This document shows, piece by piece, positions 60,580-64,000 of a stretch of DNA of 64,000 bases. The stretch covers positions 533,840-597,839 of the forward strand of contig CAVTEU010000007.1 in assembly GCA_963733905.1 (NCBI GenBank), written 5' to 3'. Numbering within the stretch: position 1 is the stretch's first letter; each line of letters opens with the position of its first letter. The stretch comes from an uncultured Actinomycetes bacterium (lineage in GTDB: Bacteria; Actinomycetota; Acidimicrobiia; Spongiisociales; DATADW01). Under the pieces are notes generated by a model that did no database searches, was not told the DNA's origin, and worked only from the letters and a program-made list of their open reading frames with translations. A program made the position numbers and the translations under genes.

Positions 60580-61679
60580 CCGAAATCGGTGCCGTAGTAG
60601 GCGAAGGCCGGCTCGAGCAACTCCATGGCGCTCCGGCCGGAAGCGGGCAACTCGATGTCCGATGTACCCAGGTGATTCACCCTGTCCCCCCAGCGGACCA
60701 CGGCCGCAGCCCAGGTGAGCCCCGCACCGAAGGCGGCGAAGACGATGTTGCAGCCGGGCTGGACCCTTCCCTCTTCGACTGCTTCGGCGAGGGCGACCGG
60801 GATGGTTGCCGCCGAGGTGTTGCCGTAGCTCTGGATATTGACATAGACCTGCGAGCTGTCGAGCTTCAACCGCCTCGCCGTGGCATCGATGATCCTGAGG
60901 TTTGCCTGGTGGGGAATCAAGAGGTCTACGTCCTCGAGCCGGAGACCGGCGCCGTCCACCACCCGGGTGGACGCATCACCCATGGCCACCACCGCCTTGC
61001 GGAATACCTCCGGCCCATTCATCCTGATCCCCATGCGTCGGGGGTCGCGGGCACGGGGCATCCCTGCGGTGCCCATGTCGGGGACGATGAGCAGCTCGGT
61101 GCAGGTTCCGTCAAGCCCCAGCTCGGAGGAGAGGACGCCGGCCGGTTCATCGGACGGTTCGAGGACCACTGCTCCGGCAGCGTCCCCGAACAGGACGCAT
61201 GTGGTGCGATCCGTCCAGTCGATCAGATGGCTCAGCTTCTCGGCGCCCACCACGAGGATCCGGTCGAATGCCCCGGAGCGGATCATGGCGGTCCCGGTCA
61301 CCAGGGCGTAGATGAACCCGGCACAGGCTGCGTTGAGATCCTGTGCTCCCGCTCGGAAAGCTCCCAGCTTGGCCTGGAGCCGCGAGGCGGCGCTCGGTAT
61401 CAGGTGGTCGGGGGTACACGTTGCCAGGAGGATGAGATCGATCTGGTCGGCGGTCACGCCCGCCGATGCGAGCGCTTTGACCGAGGCGACGGTGGCCAGG
61501 TCGGACGTGTCCACCTCGGCGATGTGACGTTCCTTTATCCCGGTGCGGGTGGTGATCCAATCGTCGGACGTCTCGACGATCCTCTCCAGATCGGCGTTGG
61601 TGAGAGTCGCCGGGGGGATGCACTTCCCCCAACCGGTTATGGCCGCGTATCTCATTGGGCTCCTCGCAGGACGGGTCAT
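60576..61679 (-). CDS. fabH: beta-ketoacyl-ACP synthase III with a short C-terminal extension
   Basis: NAACAGFIYAL (active-site Cys), IPHQANLRII, GNTSAATIPVAL. About 35 extra C-terminal residues. The ATG overlaps the fabD stop (ATGA). Confidence 0.9.
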   Translation of the reverse strand: MTRPARSPMRYAAITGWGKCIPPATLTNADLERIVETSDDWITTRTGIKERHIAEVDTSDLATVASVKALASAGVTADQIDLILLATCTPDHLIPSAASRLQAKLGAFRAGAQDLNAACAGFIYALVTGTAMIRSGAFDRILVVGAEKLSHLIDWTDRTTCVLFGDAAGAVVLEPSDEPAGVLSSELGLDGTCTELLIVPDMGTAGMPRARDPRRMGIRMNGPEVFRKAVVAMGDASTRVVDGAGLRLEDVDLLIPHQANLRIIDATARRLKLDSSQVYVNIQSYGNTSAATIPVALAEAVEEGRVQPGCNIVFAAFGAGLTWAAAVVRWGDRVNHLGTSDIELPASGRSAMELLEPAFAYYGTDFG

Positions 61680-62617
61680 CGTACCGAAGCCACCAACCGC
61701 TCCACCGTTTCATCGATGTCGCCCAGAGAGCCGACGGTGAACACCTCGGCATCGGGCACGGTCCGCTTGGCCATGGCCGCGGTGACGTCGCCGGGGCCGA
61801 CGTGGACGAAGCGTTGTGCTCCCGCCTCAGCCATCCCCTCGAGGATGGCGGAGAAGAGAACCGGGGCGGTGACTTGCTGGGCGAGCAGGTCGATCAACTC
61901 TCCGGGGGGGAAAGGCCGTGCCGTGACGTTGGACCAGACCGGGAACCGGGCCGGGCCGAAGCTGGCGTCCGCCAGCGCCGCACGGAGAGGCTCCAATACC
62001 GGCTCCATCAGCGGGGAATGGAAGGCGCCGGCCACCTTGAGCGGCACCACCCGCCGTACCCCCAACTCCCGGCCGCGCTCGGCAAGGGCGGCGATGTCGT
62101 TGGCACCACCGGCCACCACCACCTGACCGGGCGAGTTGATGTTGGCCACCCACAACCGCCCGCCATCGCCCCTGACCGACTCGGCGAGGCGTCCCGCTGC
62201 CTCGGCATCGATCCCGAGCAGCGCCGCCATCCCCGAGGCCTCCGTTTGTGCCGCCCGATCCATGGCCCGTCCACGCGCTGCCACGAGCAACAGCGCGCCC
62301 ATGTACTCGATCATTCCGGCGGCGGTGAGAGCTGTGTACTCGCCGAGCGAGTGACCGGCGGCGCCCATGGGGAGTGTCCCATCCAACCGGGTGGCGAGCT
62401 CGTCCCAGAGTGCATATGAGAGGGCGAACAGCGCCGGTTGCGCCCGGTCGGTGCTTGTCAGCAACTCCTCGGGACCTTCTAGGCAGACCCCACGCAGCGA
62501 CCACCCGAGCACCTCGTCGGCCGCCTCACCGAGGAGGTCGGGTCTCGCATCGAAGAGGTCTGCGCCCATCCCGACGTGCTGGCTCCCCTGACCCGGGAAC
62601 AGGACACAGAATGACAT
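61676..62617 (-). CDS. fabD: malonyl CoA-ACP transacylase
   Basis: Starts at the ATG at 62617 (MSFCVLFPGQGSQHVGMG), with active site AAGHSLGEYTAL. The upstream 64 codons of the tracked ORF are unlikely to be coding. Confidence 0.92.
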   Translation of the reverse strand: MSFCVLFPGQGSQHVGMGADLFDARPDLLGEAADEVLGWSLRGVCLEGPEELLTSTDRAQPALFALSYALWDELATRLDGTLPMGAAGHSLGEYTALTAAGMIEYMGALLLVAARGRAMDRAAQTEASGMAALLGIDAEAAGRLAESVRGDGGRLWVANINSPGQVVVAGGANDIAALAERGRELGVRRVVPLKVAGAFHSPLMEPVLEPLRAALADASFGPARFPVWSNVTARPFPPGELIDLLAQQVTAPVLFSAILEGMAEAGAQRFVHVGPGDVTAAMAKRTVPDAEVFTVGSLGDIDETVERLVASVR

Positions 62618-62657
62618 CGAGGGTTTGGACGGAGGCGATGTGCCGTGGGTTACGGGC

Positions 62658-63710
62658 TCAGCGACCGGGATAGCGGATCCACCAGTCGGAGTCAGGGTCA
62701 TCGACCGGAGGTGGATCGAACCGCTCGCGCCAGAGGTCCTCCGCCATCTGGGTGACCAGGTCGGCCACGTCGAGCGGCTCGGTCCACGCTGCCGGGAGCC
62801 CCTCTGCACCGGCGATCACGCCGACGAGCGACCCGGCGACGATCCCGGTCGAGTCGCTGTCGCCCGAGTGGTTGACAGAGGCGAGGAGTGCGCTCGGTGC
62901 GTCCGGGGCGGCCAGCGCACAGCACAGCCCGATGGCCAGCGCCTCCTCTCCCACCCATGCCCCGCCAAGGCTCTCGATGTCTTCAGGCGTCGGCATCCCT
63001 CCATTTGCCAGCGCAACTGCCCGGTCGACCGCCTCGAGCATCTCCTCGTGACCCTTGTGGGGGATGAGATAGGGCCTGGTGAGCGCCACCGCCTGGTCGA
63101 GGGCCGATCCGTCGAGCAGGTGTGAGATGAGGGCAGCCAGGAAACCCGCCGATAGCCACCCGCTCGGATGCCCGTGGGTGATTGCGGCGATCTCGCTCCC
63201 CACCTGGAAAGCCTCTTCGGGGTCGGCGAACATCAACCCCGCTGGCGCCGCTCTCATCACACCGCCGCAACCCTTCGAATCGTTTATCGGCCGGTCGATG
63301 GAACCCGCCGAGCCGGATCTCAGTGCGGAGAGGCAGGTGTTGCCCGGGGCGCGCCGCTTGTGGAGCCGCTTATCGGCCACAAGCCATCCGTCGGGCCCGT
63401 CCTCCCCGGGGCGCCCGCCGATGCTGGACCAGTCATAGCCCTGGGTGTGAAGCCAGCGGAGGTACGCATGGTGGACGATGTCGTTGCGATCAGGGGCGCG
63501 GCGATCGCTACCCCCGCCCGACCGCTGCTGAACCGAAGCGCGGATCAACCCCTCGCCGGTGAACAGCGCCATCTGGGTGTCGTCGGTGACGGCGGCGGGG
63601 CCGCCCACGTAACCGGTGACCCCATCGGCCCCCAACCGCGCCCTGATCTCGGACAACGACCAGAACTCGACCGGTGCACCGAGGGCGTCACCAACCGCTC
63701 CCCAAAGCAA
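62658..63710 (-). CDS. ADP-ribosylglycohydrolase family protein
   Basis: 350-aa ORF with GDALGAPVEF, TDDTQM and NHSGDSDSTG motifs typical of DraG/ARH-type hydrolases. Confidence 0.85.
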   Translation of the reverse strand: MLWGAVGDALGAPVEFWSLSEIRARLGADGVTGYVGGPAAVTDDTQMALFTGEGLIRASVQQRSGGGSDRRAPDRNDIVHHAYLRWLHTQGYDWSSIGGRPGEDGPDGWLVADKRLHKRRAPGNTCLSALRSGSAGSIDRPINDSKGCGGVMRAAPAGLMFADPEEAFQVGSEIAAITHGHPSGWLSAGFLAALISHLLDGSALDQAVALTRPYLIPHKGHEEMLEAVDRAVALANGGMPTPEDIESLGGAWVGEEALAIGLCCALAAPDAPSALLASVNHSGDSDSTGIVAGSLVGVIAGAEGLPAAWTEPLDVADLVTQMAEDLWRERFDPPPVDDPDSDWWIRYPGR

Positions 63711-63771
63711 ACACCCACGGAAGCGGTCGAGGGGAGGTTGCCGGCTATTGCTCGTGGTAGCTCCCTTCTGG

Positions 63772-63799
63772 CTGCCGTCTGCCGTCTGCCGTCCGCCGT
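63772..63799 (-). repeat. heptanucleotide array abutting a stop codon
   Basis: ctgccgt ctgccgt ctgccgt ccgccgt. On the gene strand this reads TAG-GACGGCG GACGGCA GACGGCA GACGGCA. Confidence 0.9.
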
Positions 63800-63800
63800 C

Positions 63801-64000
63801 CTAAGAGGCCTTGTCCAGCACCCCGAACACCCGCTCCACGTCTGCCACATCCACATCCCGATGGGTCACAAAGCGGAGCACACCGGGTCGGATCAGACCG
63901 ACCCTGATCCTGGCGGCGGCCAGCAGGTCGATCACCTCGGGTGCACCCCAGGGGAGCCCGGCGTCGTCCACCATCACCATGTTGGTCTCGACTTCTTCGT
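63801..64000 (-). CDS. C-terminal fragment of a threonine aldolase-like PLP enzyme (continues beyond the window)
   Basis: Hand translation gives ...NMVMVDDAGLPWGAPEVIDLLAAARIRVGLIRPGVLRFVTHRDVDVADVERVFGVLDKAS then a stop. The RFVTH.DV ending resembles low-specificity threonine aldolases. Confidence 0.5.
   Translation of the reverse strand, partial: EEVETNMVMVDDAGLPWGAPEVIDLLAAARIRVGLIRPGVLRFVTHRDVDVADVERVFGVLDKAS

Overview
GC-rich, Actinomycetota-type chromosomal segment (sepF, divIVA and Rv3679/3680-like genes). It is almost entirely conserved housekeeping synteny. In window order: a trp operon (trpE, ygfZ-like, trpC, trpF, trpB, trpA); ccdA with MFS, MATE and EamA transporters and nth; a long ThyX-like gene plus a class III adenylate cyclase; a pair of ArsA/Get3-like ATPases; dnaE; a rhomboid gene; two tandem phosphofructokinases; rluD-lspA-dksA-like/ileS. 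Then comes a complete division and cell-wall (dcw) block: mraZ-rsmH-ftsL-ftsI-murE-mraY-murD-ftsW-murG-murC-murB-ftsQ-ftsZ-pgeF-yggS-sepF-yggT-divIVA. After it: an orphan NuoF-like gene, an HNH gene, a MoxR-DUF58-transglutaminase operon, a MerR/DUF3040 region, a type II fatty-acid synthase cluster (fabD-fabH-fabG-acpP-fabF), an ADP-ribosylglycohydrolase and a partial threonine-aldolase-like gene. I found no rRNA, tRNA, CRISPR array, transposase, integrase or recognisable defence island, and no convincing new multi-gene system. Four things deserve a second look. (1) A dispersed family of 7-nt-period tandem repeats sits in intergenic regions: (GACGGCA)n and relatives at six arrays across five loci, and (AGTACTT)n at two. 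I cannot assign it to a described element class. (2) About 20 single-base frame breaks occur, mostly in indispensable genes. These also create apparent TrpC-TrpF, FtsI-MurE and FtsW-MurG fusions, and they most likely reflect homopolymer indel errors. (3) murF is missing from its canonical slot between murE and mraY. (4) There are a few under-characterised genes: the 537-aa ThyX-like protein, the ArsA-like pair and the orphan NuoF. Many long ORFs in the track are antisense artefacts of high GC content.
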